Origin: Candidatus Iainarchaeum sp.
GTDB taxonomy: Archaea; Iainarchaeota; Iainarchaeia; Iainarchaeales; Iainarchaeaceae
NCBI GenBank assembly: GCA_043812975.1
Contig: JBDRLP010000041.1
Span: 1 to 48,161, forward strand
Direction: 5' to 3'
Length of the DNA: 48,161 bases
Positions 19,361 through 27,773 of this stretch are shown here, piece after piece (within the stretch, counting starts at the first letter, position 1; the number at the start of each line of letters is the position of its first letter). A program made the position numbers and the translations under genes. The notes below the pieces were generated by a model that searched no databases, was not told the DNA's origin, and saw nothing but the letters and a program-made list of their open reading frames with translations.

Positions 19361-19855
19361 ATGAATTTACCTGTTGGAGAAGTTATAAGTCAGGGAGTTA
19401 ATTTCAAGGAAGTTGACTCAAAAAGATTAATTCAAAGTCTTTATGAAAAAAGATTTTCCGGTTATGTTATTGTGGCTGTTGAAGGTTATGATGGTTTTGA
19501 AGAAGGAATGCTTCTTTTCAAACAAGGAGAAATGGTTGGTGCTTATCATGAATATGATTTGCATGGGATAACTATTTTTGGAGATGATTCAATAGCTCAC
19601 GTTTTTAATTCTTTTGCGGCCGAATACATTGTAGGAGACCTTGTTTCTTTAAGTAATCAGCAGGTTGATCTTGTAACGGCTTTCAATGATAAGACTAAAT
19701 TAGAAGCTCCGATTAACAAAGGGGATATTTTAAAATTGATTCCGAAGGTTTATTCTAATGAACTCGCCAAAAATATTTTGAGTGCAGTGGTTCATGAGAA
19801 AGATACTAGAAAAGATATTTTCAAAAAACTTGGTTTGAGTGGGTTAGGGGATTAA
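19361..19855 (+). CDS. DUF2226-like protein
   Basis: MNLPVGE..., FSGYVIVAV.G..GFEEG.LLFKQGE.VGAY pattern; upstream of minD. Confidence 0.7.
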   Translation: MNLPVGEVISQGVNFKEVDSKRLIQSLYEKRFSGYVIVAVEGYDGFEEGMLLFKQGEMVGAYHEYDLHGITIFGDDSIAHVFNSFAAEYIVGDLVSLSNQQVDLVTAFNDKTKLEAPINKGDILKLIPKVYSNELAKNILSAVVHEKDTRKDIFKKLGLSGLGD

Positions 19856-20320
19856 ATGTTTAAAATAGCAAAAAGTCTGGTAAAGAAGTTTGCAACAAAA
19901 GTTTTAGACCTTGATGACACTGTCAAACCAGTTGGTCACTTGAAACTTTTTGAAGATTACTTGGATAAGTTTGATTTTGATACTAATACTCCTGATGTAA
20001 TGAAATTTCTGGATGTTTTAAAAAAGAAGCATTTAGTTGATGATATTGTTGTTGCAACACAAAACGGAAGTACAGTGGTTTCAACTAATGGCAATTCTGT
20101 TACAAAAGCTGTTTCAGGTGCAGCAATGTTCAATTATATTCAGTCAGAGCACCCAAAAAGTGAATCTGTAATGATAAAGTCCAATGGTTATTGGAACATG
20201 ATTTTTCCTGACAAGGACAAGCTTTACATTGTAAAGGCTTCTTCAGATCTTTCAGTAACAGAATTAAGGTCATTAGCAAAAGAAATTGATGCTTTTTTGG
20301 AAACCAGAAACCTTAATTAA
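19856..20320 (+). CDS. Hypothetical protein, possible roadblock/LC7-like fold
   Basis: Helix, then VDDIVVATQNGSTVVS, helix (AVSGAAMF), three short strands and a final helix. Confidence 0.45.
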   Translation: MFKIAKSLVKKFATKVLDLDDTVKPVGHLKLFEDYLDKFDFDTNTPDVMKFLDVLKKKHLVDDIVVATQNGSTVVSTNGNSVTKAVSGAAMFNYIQSEHPKSESVMIKSNGYWNMIFPDKDKLYIVKASSDLSVTELRSLAKEIDAFLETRNLN

Positions 20321-20407
20321 ATGAATATTTTGGCTTTTATTGGGTTTTTTTATGGGAAGATTTTTAATTCATAAGCTACTTCTATCTATAAATTCTAGTG
20401 ATTTTTA

Positions 20408-21253
20408 ATGGGAAGAGTAATATCTTTAATTTCAGGAAAAGGCGGGGTTGGAAAAACAACCATTACAGCTAATTTAGGAATAGCATTGGCAAAAAGAAAT
20501 CTCAATGTTTGTCTGATTGATGCTGATATTGCAATGGCAAACCTTTCACTCTTATTAAACATGCAAAATTCTCCAATAACACTTCATGATGTTTTGCTTG
20601 GGGAGGCAAATATTCAGGATGCTGTTTATGATGGCCCTGCAGGAGTTAAGTTTATTCCTTCAGGTTTAAGCCTTGAAAATTATAGAAGGGTTGACTCTGA
20701 AAGATTGCAAAGTGTTGTTGATTCAATAAAAAACCAGTTTGATTTTATTTTGCTTGATTGTGCTGCAGGAATAGAAAAAAACGTAATGGCTGCAATTTCG
20801 GCTTCCGATGAAGTTCTTTTGGTTACAATGCCGTCTTCTCCCAGCATTGCTGATGTTCTGAAAGCAAAAATTACTTCACAAAGATTAGGCACTAAGGTTA
20901 TTGGAATTATAATTAATTTTGTGCGTGGAGAAAAAGGAGAAATCATGAAGGATGATGTAATGAAAATGCTGGAGTTACCAGTACTTGCTACTGTTCCGTT
21001 TGATGATGAAATAAGAAAAAGTTTTATGCAGGAAAAAGTAATGCCGATAATGATAAGGGTTCCCGGAACTCCCGCAGGTATAGCAATCCAGAAAGCAGCT
21101 GCAAAAATATCAGGATTATCAATAAAAGTTGAGGGTAGCAAGAAGAAAGGATTCTTAGGCGGGTTTTTTAGTAAGTTGTTTTCAATATTCAAAAGGAAAC
21201 CAAAATCAACTGCACAGGAAATTTTAGAAAAAACTAAAGAGGTAAAAAAATGA
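20408..21253 (+). CDS. minD: Archaeal MinD-family ATPase
   Basis: Deviant Walker A SGKGGVGKTT, IDADIAMANL, LLDCAAG; amphipathic C-terminal helix GFLGGFFSKLF. Confidence 0.92.
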   Translation: MGRVISLISGKGGVGKTTITANLGIALAKRNLNVCLIDADIAMANLSLLLNMQNSPITLHDVLLGEANIQDAVYDGPAGVKFIPSGLSLENYRRVDSERLQSVVDSIKNQFDFILLDCAAGIEKNVMAAISASDEVLLVTMPSSPSIADVLKAKITSQRLGTKVIGIIINFVRGEKGEIMKDDVMKMLELPVLATVPFDDEIRKSFMQEKVMPIMIRVPGTPAGIAIQKAAAKISGLSIKVEGSKKKGFLGGFFSKLFSIFKRKPKSTAQEILEKTKEVKK

Positions 21254-21471
21254 ACAATTCAAGACCATTTGATCTTTTAAGTGATTCAATAGGAAAAGGC
21301 GTTATTGTTGAACTGAAAGGAAACGTTTCATTCAGAGGGACTTTGAAAGCTTTTGATGTACACATGAACATTGTTTTAGAGGAAGCAGAAAAACTTGAAA
21401 ACGGAGAAACCAAAACCAAGTACGGGAAGCTGATTCTAAGAGGCGACAATGTGCTTTTGATTTCGCCTTAA
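21250..21471 (+). CDS. Sm-like (Lsm/SmAP) RNA-binding protein
   Basis: RPFDLL, GTLKAFDVHMNIVL, LILRGDNVLLISP. Confidence 0.95.
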   Translation: MNNSRPFDLLSDSIGKGVIVELKGNVSFRGTLKAFDVHMNIVLEEAEKLENGETKTKYGKLILRGDNVLLISP

Positions 21472-21505
21472 AAAGTTTAAATATAGCCTAGTTCTTTTAT
21501 TTTGT

Positions 21506-21763
21506 ATGGGAAGAAAAAAACCAAATCCTAATTTAGTCAGTCTAAGGGGCGATGGTAGGGCCAGAAAGGTTCCAAGACCAGTGGCTCGGCACATGGTAAA
21601 AAGAGTAGAGGCAGATCATGCCAATATTCTTGGGGCTGTAGAACTTCTTGCAAAAGAAATAGAACAAAGACAAAAACACCCAATAAGAACAAAAATCAGA
21701 AATGCTGCTGTAAGAACCGGAAAAGCTCTTTCTTGGCGCAGAAAGAAGGAAAAAAATAAATAA
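21506..21763 (+). CDS. Hypothetical small basic protein
   Basis: 85-aa ATG ORF behind TATA-like TTTAAATA; K/R-rich. Confidence 0.6.
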   Translation: MGRKKPNPNLVSLRGDGRARKVPRPVARHMVKRVEADHANILGAVELLAKEIEQRQKHPIRTKIRNAAVRTGKALSWRRKKEKNK

Positions 21764-21784
21764 TTCTCTTATTACGTACTTTTT

Positions 21785-22147
21785 ATGCATAAAAGAGCTA
21801 AGAAAGTGAAAAAAGAAAAAAAAGATTCTTCTGAACGCCATGAGCAGAATAGGGTTCCGGAAGAACTTTTCCGGGATTTTTGGGCTTTGGAACATCACCC
21901 TGTTATTGGTCCTCCTTTAGTTGATTTGGTTTCAGTTTCAATGAACCTTGTTTCAAATGTTAGGCATTATCCTGTCGCTGAAAGGAACAGAATATTAGCT
22001 CATCAAGTTAGTTCAGATATTATCCTTTCCCAGATTAGAAAAGTCAATTCTTTGATAAGAGTAATCAATAAAGGAAAACCTGAAAAAAAAAGAATAAGAG
22101 AAATAACTGTTGAAGAAATATTTTCTATAATTTATACTAGGTTGTAA
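21785..22147 (+). CDS. Hypothetical basic protein
   Basis: 120-aa ATG ORF with K-rich N-terminus. Confidence 0.6.
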   Translation: MHKRAKKVKKEKKDSSERHEQNRVPEELFRDFWALEHHPVIGPPLVDLVSVSMNLVSNVRHYPVAERNRILAHQVSSDIILSQIRKVNSLIRVINKGKPEKKRIREITVEEIFSIIYTRL

Positions 22148-22161
22148 TCTCTGTTGGAAAA

Positions 22162-22827
22162 CTAATCCCTGTTCTTGGTTCTTCTCAAATTCCCCTGGCC
22201 TCTGTTTCTCGCCAATTGTGTTTTTGCCCTTAACTCCTGCTGATGGTTTGCCCGTGCGGATGGGGTTGTTTTTCTTTTGATGCTTCCGACAATCCTTGAC
22301 TTTCTTTTATTGAATTCCTCTTCGATTATTTGTAAAATGTCTTTCTCATAGGTTTCTATTGCTTTTTCAATTTCGAGGACAACTTCCTTGTTGCCCTCGC
22401 GCCTTGCTGATTTGAGTGCGTCCTTTAGCATATTCTTTTCAAGTTCATAATTTTTCTTTATCTTGGAGAGTGCGTTCGGGTGCATCTTGGCTATTGCCAA
22501 CCTAAAGTCCCTTTCCCACACATCAAACTCGTCAGTGTATTTAAGAAGATTCAACGATATTGCGGTTCTGGTTGCTACTTTCCCATAGCCGTTTCCGCTA
22601 AATTCAGCCATCAGGAAACCCCTAGTAGTGTCAACCTTTTCCATATACTGGTTTTTTTTATTCGACTCAAGAATGGCTCTCAGGTTCGGGGCTTTCAGGC
22701 AGGCCATACCAAGAACTGCCACTCCAATCGCCACAACTGCTTTCTTCCCGCTTATTTTGCGAGAGGGTTGTGCCAGCAACCAACTGCCGACAACGCTCAT
22801 TTTTTCCAAAGGTTTCCTTGCCGCCAT
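22162..22827 (-). CDS. Hypothetical basic protein with N-terminal hydrophobic segment
   Basis: 221-aa ORF; KKAVVAIGVAVLGMAC segment; R-rich C-terminus. Confidence 0.65.
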   Translation of the reverse strand: MAARKPLEKMSVVGSWLLAQPSRKISGKKAVVAIGVAVLGMACLKAPNLRAILESNKKNQYMEKVDTTRGFLMAEFSGNGYGKVATRTAISLNLLKYTDEFDVWERDFRLAIAKMHPNALSKIKKNYELEKNMLKDALKSARREGNKEVVLEIEKAIETYEKDILQIIEEEFNKRKSRIVGSIKRKTTPSARANHQQELRAKTQLARNRGQGNLRRTKNRD

Positions 22828-22937
22828 AAAAAACGAATGCTTCCGGAATATAAAAATGCTTTGAGAAACGGATCTATTTTTCTGGAAAAGTGCACGGCAC
22901 TTAAAATTTGTTGCGCTTTTTTTCCCAAAAATTGTGC

Positions 22938-23708
22938 TTAACGCTTTCGTTTCTCTATGAACTTCACGCCTGCTTTTCTAAGCGTCTTTTTAACGTGTTC
23001 AGCGCTTACTCCGTGTCTTCTAGCTGCTTTAACAATTTCTGTTGTGGAAGCAGTTCCAAGGTCCTTGAATCGTTTTTTTAATTCATACTCAGCCGAACCG
23101 ATTTTTGGCGAGAACCAAGTTGGTCTTGCTTCTCCACTTTTAACTAACTTCTCTGCTGCTTCGCAAACCAAACCAAAACGGTAACCCGTGTAATTTTCAA
23201 CGTTATCAAGTGAAACAGGTCTGTTTCTCTTTAATCTGTTTCTCATTATTGACCTTGTTTTCATTGATTTGCTTTTGTAAGGTCTCCAAGACAATGGTTC
23301 CGGTCGTTTTTCATCAAATCGCCTTGCCCTTACTCCGGGAACAAACGGTTCTGTCGGAGCAGTTCTTTTTGGCGAGGTGGCTTTTTTTGTCAGAGCAACT
23401 GGTTTTGTTGAAGCAACCGGTTTTGTCAGAGCAACTGTTCTTGCTGAAGCCGGTCTTCTAGAAGAAATAAGTTGATCTGCCATTCTTTCAAAATAAAAAA
23501 CTCCAGGAAAAAACTTTTGCGGAACAAGGTTTCTGTGAATTAGGAACGTTGCAGCCTCCAAAACTTCCTCAACAGTTGCACCTGTTTCACTCGCGATTTT
23601 AGTGTAATTGGGTCTTCTCCTTTCCAAATAGTGGTCATAAAGAACATCTTTTAAAAAACTTAATCGGGGTGCATTGTATCGTTTTCCGCGAACTCGTTTT
23701 TTCGGCAT
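22938..23708 (-). CDS. Hypothetical basic protein with repeated HTH-like segments
   Basis: 256 aa; two similar helical units (RRPNYTKIASETG..VEEVLEAA.FL and NRPVSLDNVENYTG..FGLVCEAAEKL). Confidence 0.65.
   Translation of the reverse strand: MPKKRVRGKRYNAPRLSFLKDVLYDHYLERRRPNYTKIASETGATVEEVLEAATFLIHRNLVPQKFFPGVFYFERMADQLISSRRPASARTVALTKPVASTKPVALTKKATSPKRTAPTEPFVPGVRARRFDEKRPEPLSWRPYKSKSMKTRSIMRNRLKRNRPVSLDNVENYTGYRFGLVCEAAEKLVKSGEARPTWFSPKIGSAEYELKKRFKDLGTASTTEIVKAARRHGVSAEHVKKTLRKAGVKFIEKRKR
23385..23456. repeat. Imperfect in-frame 18-bp tandem repeat, 4 units
   Basis: TTTTGTCAGAGCAACTGG / TTTTGTTGAAGCAACCGG / TTTTGTCAGAGCAACTGT / TCTTGCTGAAGCCGGTCT, encoding (P/T)VA(L/S)TK-type units. Confidence 0.8.
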
Positions 23709-23838
23709 AAATAATAGTTAACAGAAGACTATAAAAAATTGTTATAAAACAAAATTCCTTTGAAAAGCTGGTGCAAAGGGCTTGTGGTCTAGTGAGTCGT
23801 GGTTATCGTGTTTATTCCTTAGCTTTTCACTTGTGGAA

Positions 23839-23912
23839 TGGACTTTGCGGGACTTGCACCCGCCGCCTTCCGATTGCCAACCGGATGTTCTAGCTGCCTG
23901 AACTAAAAGCCC
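23839..23912 (-). tRNA. tRNA-Ala(GGC)
   Basis: Acceptor GGGCTTT/AAAGTCC-A with G3:U70; anticodon arm TCCGG-TTGGCAA-TCGGA; T arm GCGGG-TGCAAGT-CCCGC. Confidence 0.88.
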
Positions 23913-24032
23913 ATAAAGATGACTGCTTAACGTAAGATTTTAATAGTGTATTTTAAGTGTTTTTTTCATTCAAAATAACGTTTATATATATAAAACTCCC
24001 ATAGTTATTCTGACTATTTTAGGGATTTCCCC

Positions 24033-25550
24033 ATGGCTAAAGAAAAAATTCTCAAAGATTCAGTAAGAAAACTTTTAGGTTTAAACATTAGTGATAAGGA
24101 AATAATTGAAAACCTTAAAAGTGTTGGTGTTACTAGTGAGCAGGCTTTAACAATTCTGCAGGAAACTAAGGATGAATTGAGTGGTAGAGCTCCAAAATCA
24201 AGGGATTATGAATCAGAAGAAGATGAATCAGATATTTATAGTAAGGTTTATGATGACCTTGATGATGGTGACTTAAAAGCGCCTTTGATTTCAAAGCCGA
24301 TTAATAATCCGCAGTACAATTCTTCTAGTTCTGGTGACGACATTTCCAAGTTGTGGGAAAAAGGAATCATGGCTACTGTTGATTCAAAGCTTGGGCAAAT
24401 GGAAAGGATTCAGAAAGAACTTGATGATGTTCTTGATAAAAAGATTAAGGAAAAGATTGCAATTGAAACAAAAAAATTTGAAACAGTTCTTAATGCGCAG
24501 AGAGAATTAACTAACAATAAAATCGAAACCCATCTTGAAGAAAAATCTAATGAAATAAAAAAAGTTATTGAGTCAAGAGCTAACCATTTGGAAGATCTGA
24601 GTATAAAAGTTCAGGAGAAGGTTGCAAAGGTACAGGCTGAAAAAAAATTCAACTCAGAATTGCTTAATGATATTAATGAAAAAATAACAGGCTTAAATTC
24701 AGTTAAAAGTCAGATGATTTCCGATACTAATACAGCAATCATTGGTGCTGAATCTAAGTTTAATGAATTTATGGAAGAGTCAATCCAGAAAAGGGATGAC
24801 ATGGAAGCAAGAGTCAATAGGACTTTACAATTAGAATCCAAAATAACTGAAGGTTTGCTGGAAGATGCGAAACAAAAAATTGACGGCCTTAAATTAGAAA
24901 AACAGGAAGAATTATCTGAAAGAATCCAGAGGGAACTGGTTGAGTTTGAGGAAATGGCTGCAAAGGTTGATCCTCAAAGCATTAATGAAAGATTAGTGAA
25001 AATGAAAGAACTTGAAGGCCACCTTCTCAACAGACAGAAAGAAATCGATTCACTGGTTGATGCAAGGTTTACTGATTATAACAAAGAATTGATTGCTTTT
25101 AAGAAGGAAGTTAAACAAATAGAAGATTCTAATTTGGATGAACTGAAAAAACAATATGCGGCTAATGTTGATGATTTATTTGCAAAAAATCTTATTGAGT
25201 GGGATAAAAAACTGAAAGTAAAAGAAAAAGAAATCAATGCTTTGAAAGACCAGATTGACTTAGAAAAGTTCAATGCAACAATGGATTCATTGGAATTATT
25301 CAAACAACAGTTCCTTAACACGGTTAATAAAAGTATACAGGATTACAACAAGTCAAAGAGAGAATTAGCGCAGAGTATTATTGACAGGGATAAAGCAATC
25401 AGCAGTTATTTGAAGAGAATAGATTCAAAAATGCAGGAATTGACTGCTTTTGAGAAAAGATTTGCTTCAGAAGTAGCTGGTTTGATTGACAAAATTCCTG
25501 AGGAAAAAACTTCCAAAAAAAGTTCATCTAAAAACCAGAAATCCAAATAG
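24033..25550 (+). CDS. Long coiled-coil protein of unknown function
   Basis: 505 aa; small helical N-domain, acidic linker, then ~390 aa of E/K/L-rich heptad-like sequence. Confidence 0.8.
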   Translation: MAKEKILKDSVRKLLGLNISDKEIIENLKSVGVTSEQALTILQETKDELSGRAPKSRDYESEEDESDIYSKVYDDLDDGDLKAPLISKPINNPQYNSSSSGDDISKLWEKGIMATVDSKLGQMERIQKELDDVLDKKIKEKIAIETKKFETVLNAQRELTNNKIETHLEEKSNEIKKVIESRANHLEDLSIKVQEKVAKVQAEKKFNSELLNDINEKITGLNSVKSQMISDTNTAIIGAESKFNEFMEESIQKRDDMEARVNRTLQLESKITEGLLEDAKQKIDGLKLEKQEELSERIQRELVEFEEMAAKVDPQSINERLVKMKELEGHLLNRQKEIDSLVDARFTDYNKELIAFKKEVKQIEDSNLDELKKQYAANVDDLFAKNLIEWDKKLKVKEKEINALKDQIDLEKFNATMDSLELFKQQFLNTVNKSIQDYNKSKRELAQSIIDRDKAISSYLKRIDSKMQELTAFEKRFASEVAGLIDKIPEEKTSKKSSSKNQKSK

Positions 25551-25586
25551 AAGATTTAAAATACTGGAAAATTCATCTATTTCTGC

Positions 25587-26942
25587 ATGAGCTTTTATTC
25601 AACCAAAATAATAGCTACTTTAGGACCTTCCAGTTCTGCTAAAAAAATAATAAAAAAAATGATCGAATCTGGAGTTAATGCTGTTAGAATTAATACTGCT
25701 CATGGTTCAATAAAAGATTATTCTGTGCTTGTTTTTAATGTAAGAAGTGTTTCAAAAGAAATTCCTATTATAGTTGATTTGAAAGGCCCGGAAGTCAGAA
25801 TAAAAACAAAATCCGAGGTTAAAATAAAAAAAGGCCAGGAAATAGAAATTGGGTTTTCTTCAAAAGAAAACATTTATTTTGACAAGAATTTTTACGAAAA
25901 AGTTATAATAGGGAAAAAGGTTTTTTTTGAGGATGGTAGGTTTTCAGCAAAAATAATTGCAAAGCATAAAAATAAGCTTGTTCTGAAGTTCCAAACGAAT
26001 GCTGTACTGGGAAACAACAAAGGAGTTAATCTTCCTGATTCAGAGTTGGGTTTACCTTTTTTGAATAAAAAGGATTTGCAGGTTATAAAGTGGGCAAAGA
26101 AAAAGAAACTCGGGTTTTTTGCACTTTCGTTTTGCTGTTCAGCTAACGACCTGAAAAATTTGAGAAAAAAAACAGGAAAGGATTCTGTTTTGATTGCAAA
26201 AATAGAATCAAAAGAAGGAGTGAAAAACTTCCAAAAAATTCTGCAGGAAGCTGATGGCGTTATTGTGGCGAGAGGTGATTTAGGTGCTGAGGTTAAAAGG
26301 GAATCAATTCCGCTTTTGCAGAAGCGCATGATAAAACAGGCTCTGAATGCGGGAAAGTTTTCAGTAGTTGCAACACAAATGCTGGAATCAATGATCGAAA
26401 AACCATATCCAACAAGAGCTGAAATAAATGACATTGCAAACTCTGTTCTGGACGGAGCTGATTGTTTAATGCTTTCAGGGGAAACAGCAATTGGGGTTAA
26501 TCCTGTTGCAGTAGTAAAAGAAATGAGGAATTCATGCGAAGCTGTTGAAGAGAGTGTTCCTAATATGGTTACTATGAAACTTGGGAATAACGTGAGTGAT
26601 TCCATTACAAAAACAATTTTCCAATTAAGCAAATATTTGAAAGTAAACAAAATAATTGCTTTTTCAAAATCAGGTTATACCTGTGAAATGATTTCAAGGT
26701 TCAGAGAACCAATTCCGATTATTGGTTTAACATGGAGCGAACGAACACTAAAAATTTTACAATTATACTTTGGTGTTGCTCCGTTGCTTTTGAACAAAAA
26801 CCAGAACATGGATTCTAAAAAAATAATTCAATTAATTAAGAAAAAAAAATTACTGAAAAAGAACGATTCTGTTATTATTACAGGAAACAAATCCGGACAG
26901 GAACAGCACTCTAATTTGATTGAGGTTCAGAAAATTAGTTGA
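25587..26942 (+). CDS. pyk: Pyruvate kinase
   Basis: TKIIATLGP, RINTAHG, DLKGPEVR, IAKIE, VARGDLG, ATQMLESM, MLSGETA. Confidence 0.96.
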   Translation: MSFYSTKIIATLGPSSSAKKIIKKMIESGVNAVRINTAHGSIKDYSVLVFNVRSVSKEIPIIVDLKGPEVRIKTKSEVKIKKGQEIEIGFSSKENIYFDKNFYEKVIIGKKVFFEDGRFSAKIIAKHKNKLVLKFQTNAVLGNNKGVNLPDSELGLPFLNKKDLQVIKWAKKKKLGFFALSFCCSANDLKNLRKKTGKDSVLIAKIESKEGVKNFQKILQEADGVIVARGDLGAEVKRESIPLLQKRMIKQALNAGKFSVVATQMLESMIEKPYPTRAEINDIANSVLDGADCLMLSGETAIGVNPVAVVKEMRNSCEAVEESVPNMVTMKLGNNVSDSITKTIFQLSKYLKVNKIIAFSKSGYTCEMISRFREPIPIIGLTWSERTLKILQLYFGVAPLLLNKNQNMDSKKIIQLIKKKKLLKKNDSVIITGNKSGQEQHSNLIEVQKIS

Positions 26943-26991
26943 ATCGGGATTAAAACTAAATATTTTAATACTAAAAGTTCGTTCTCTTTCT

Positions 26992-27663
26992 ATGGCTGAT
27001 CCAAATTTACCTGGAGATAACAAGAGACCCAGAATAACTTTTGAAGCGCGTATGGAAGTTCTTGACCTGATGATGAAAGGCGCGGACTTCGGAATGGTGA
27101 TTAAGTGGCTTCTAAAAAAATATCCCAGGTCTTCAAGGGATTATTTAATCAAGAGTTTTCTTGGCGGGAAAGGTGTTCTTCAGCTTGGGAATTTATTTGG
27201 GTTGTCCAAAAAAGTTATGCTTGCGAAAAAAAAGAGAATGAATGAGTTTCATGATGCGCAGTCAGAAAGGACCAGAGAAATTAAAGCAAGGCAAAGGGTT
27301 GTCAGGGAAAAACAAGCAGTGAAAGCTCCTCCAGCAAAGAAAAAAGCCCCAGTGAAAAAGAAAGCCGCAGGAAAACAACTAAAAAAGAGGCCAAGGTGGA
27401 GAAAACTGGATTATACTGTTGTTTCTCCTGGATCGGAATGGGCTTCGAAAAAGGGTGAAGTTCTGACGTGGTTCAAAAATGGCAGGAGTATAAACTCAAT
27501 CGCAAAGAATTCTGGTCTTCCACGAGAAACAGTTTCAGCCATTATTAGGGAAAGAATTGAGGATTGGAAAAGAGTAAAATCTTTTTTGGAAAGAGACAAA
27601 GCAAGAAACAAGAATCGATTACAAGAAGTTAGAGGAAAATTAAGGTTATTGAGAAGAAAATGA
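26992..27663 (+). CDS. Hypothetical basic protein with C-terminal HTH-like motif and K/A/P-rich linker
   Basis: KAPPAKKKAPVKKKAAGK; FKNGRSINSIAKNSGLPRETVSAIIRE; ATG 26992 avoids overlap with pyk. Confidence 0.65.
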   Translation: MADPNLPGDNKRPRITFEARMEVLDLMMKGADFGMVIKWLLKKYPRSSRDYLIKSFLGGKGVLQLGNLFGLSKKVMLAKKKRMNEFHDAQSERTREIKARQRVVREKQAVKAPPAKKKAPVKKKAAGKQLKKRPRWRKLDYTVVSPGSEWASKKGEVLTWFKNGRSINSIAKNSGLPRETVSAIIRERIEDWKRVKSFLERDKARNKNRLQEVRGKLRLLRRK

Positions 27664-27664
27664 G

Positions 27665-27736
27665 TGGGCCCGGGCAGAATCGAACTGCCGTCTCTACCAT
27701 GTCGAGGTAGAATCATAACCATTGGACCACGAGCCC
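27665..27736 (-). tRNA. tRNA-Val(GAC)
   Basis: Acceptor GGGCTCG/CGGGCCC-A; anticodon arm CTACC-TCGACAT-GGTAG; T arm GGCAG-TTCGATT-CTGCC. Confidence 0.9.
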
Positions 27737-27773
27737 ACTGAAATGAATTTTACTGAGAAAACTTTAAAATGCC

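Noticed and set aside
21480..23840. Integrated element at the tRNA-Ala 3' end
   Set aside because: No integrase and no duplicated tRNA 3' end (att site) were found by eye
25892..26650. 252-aa antisense ORF, and many similar shadow ORFs in the track
   Set aside because: They lie opposite well-supported genes such as pyk and have no recognisable motifs
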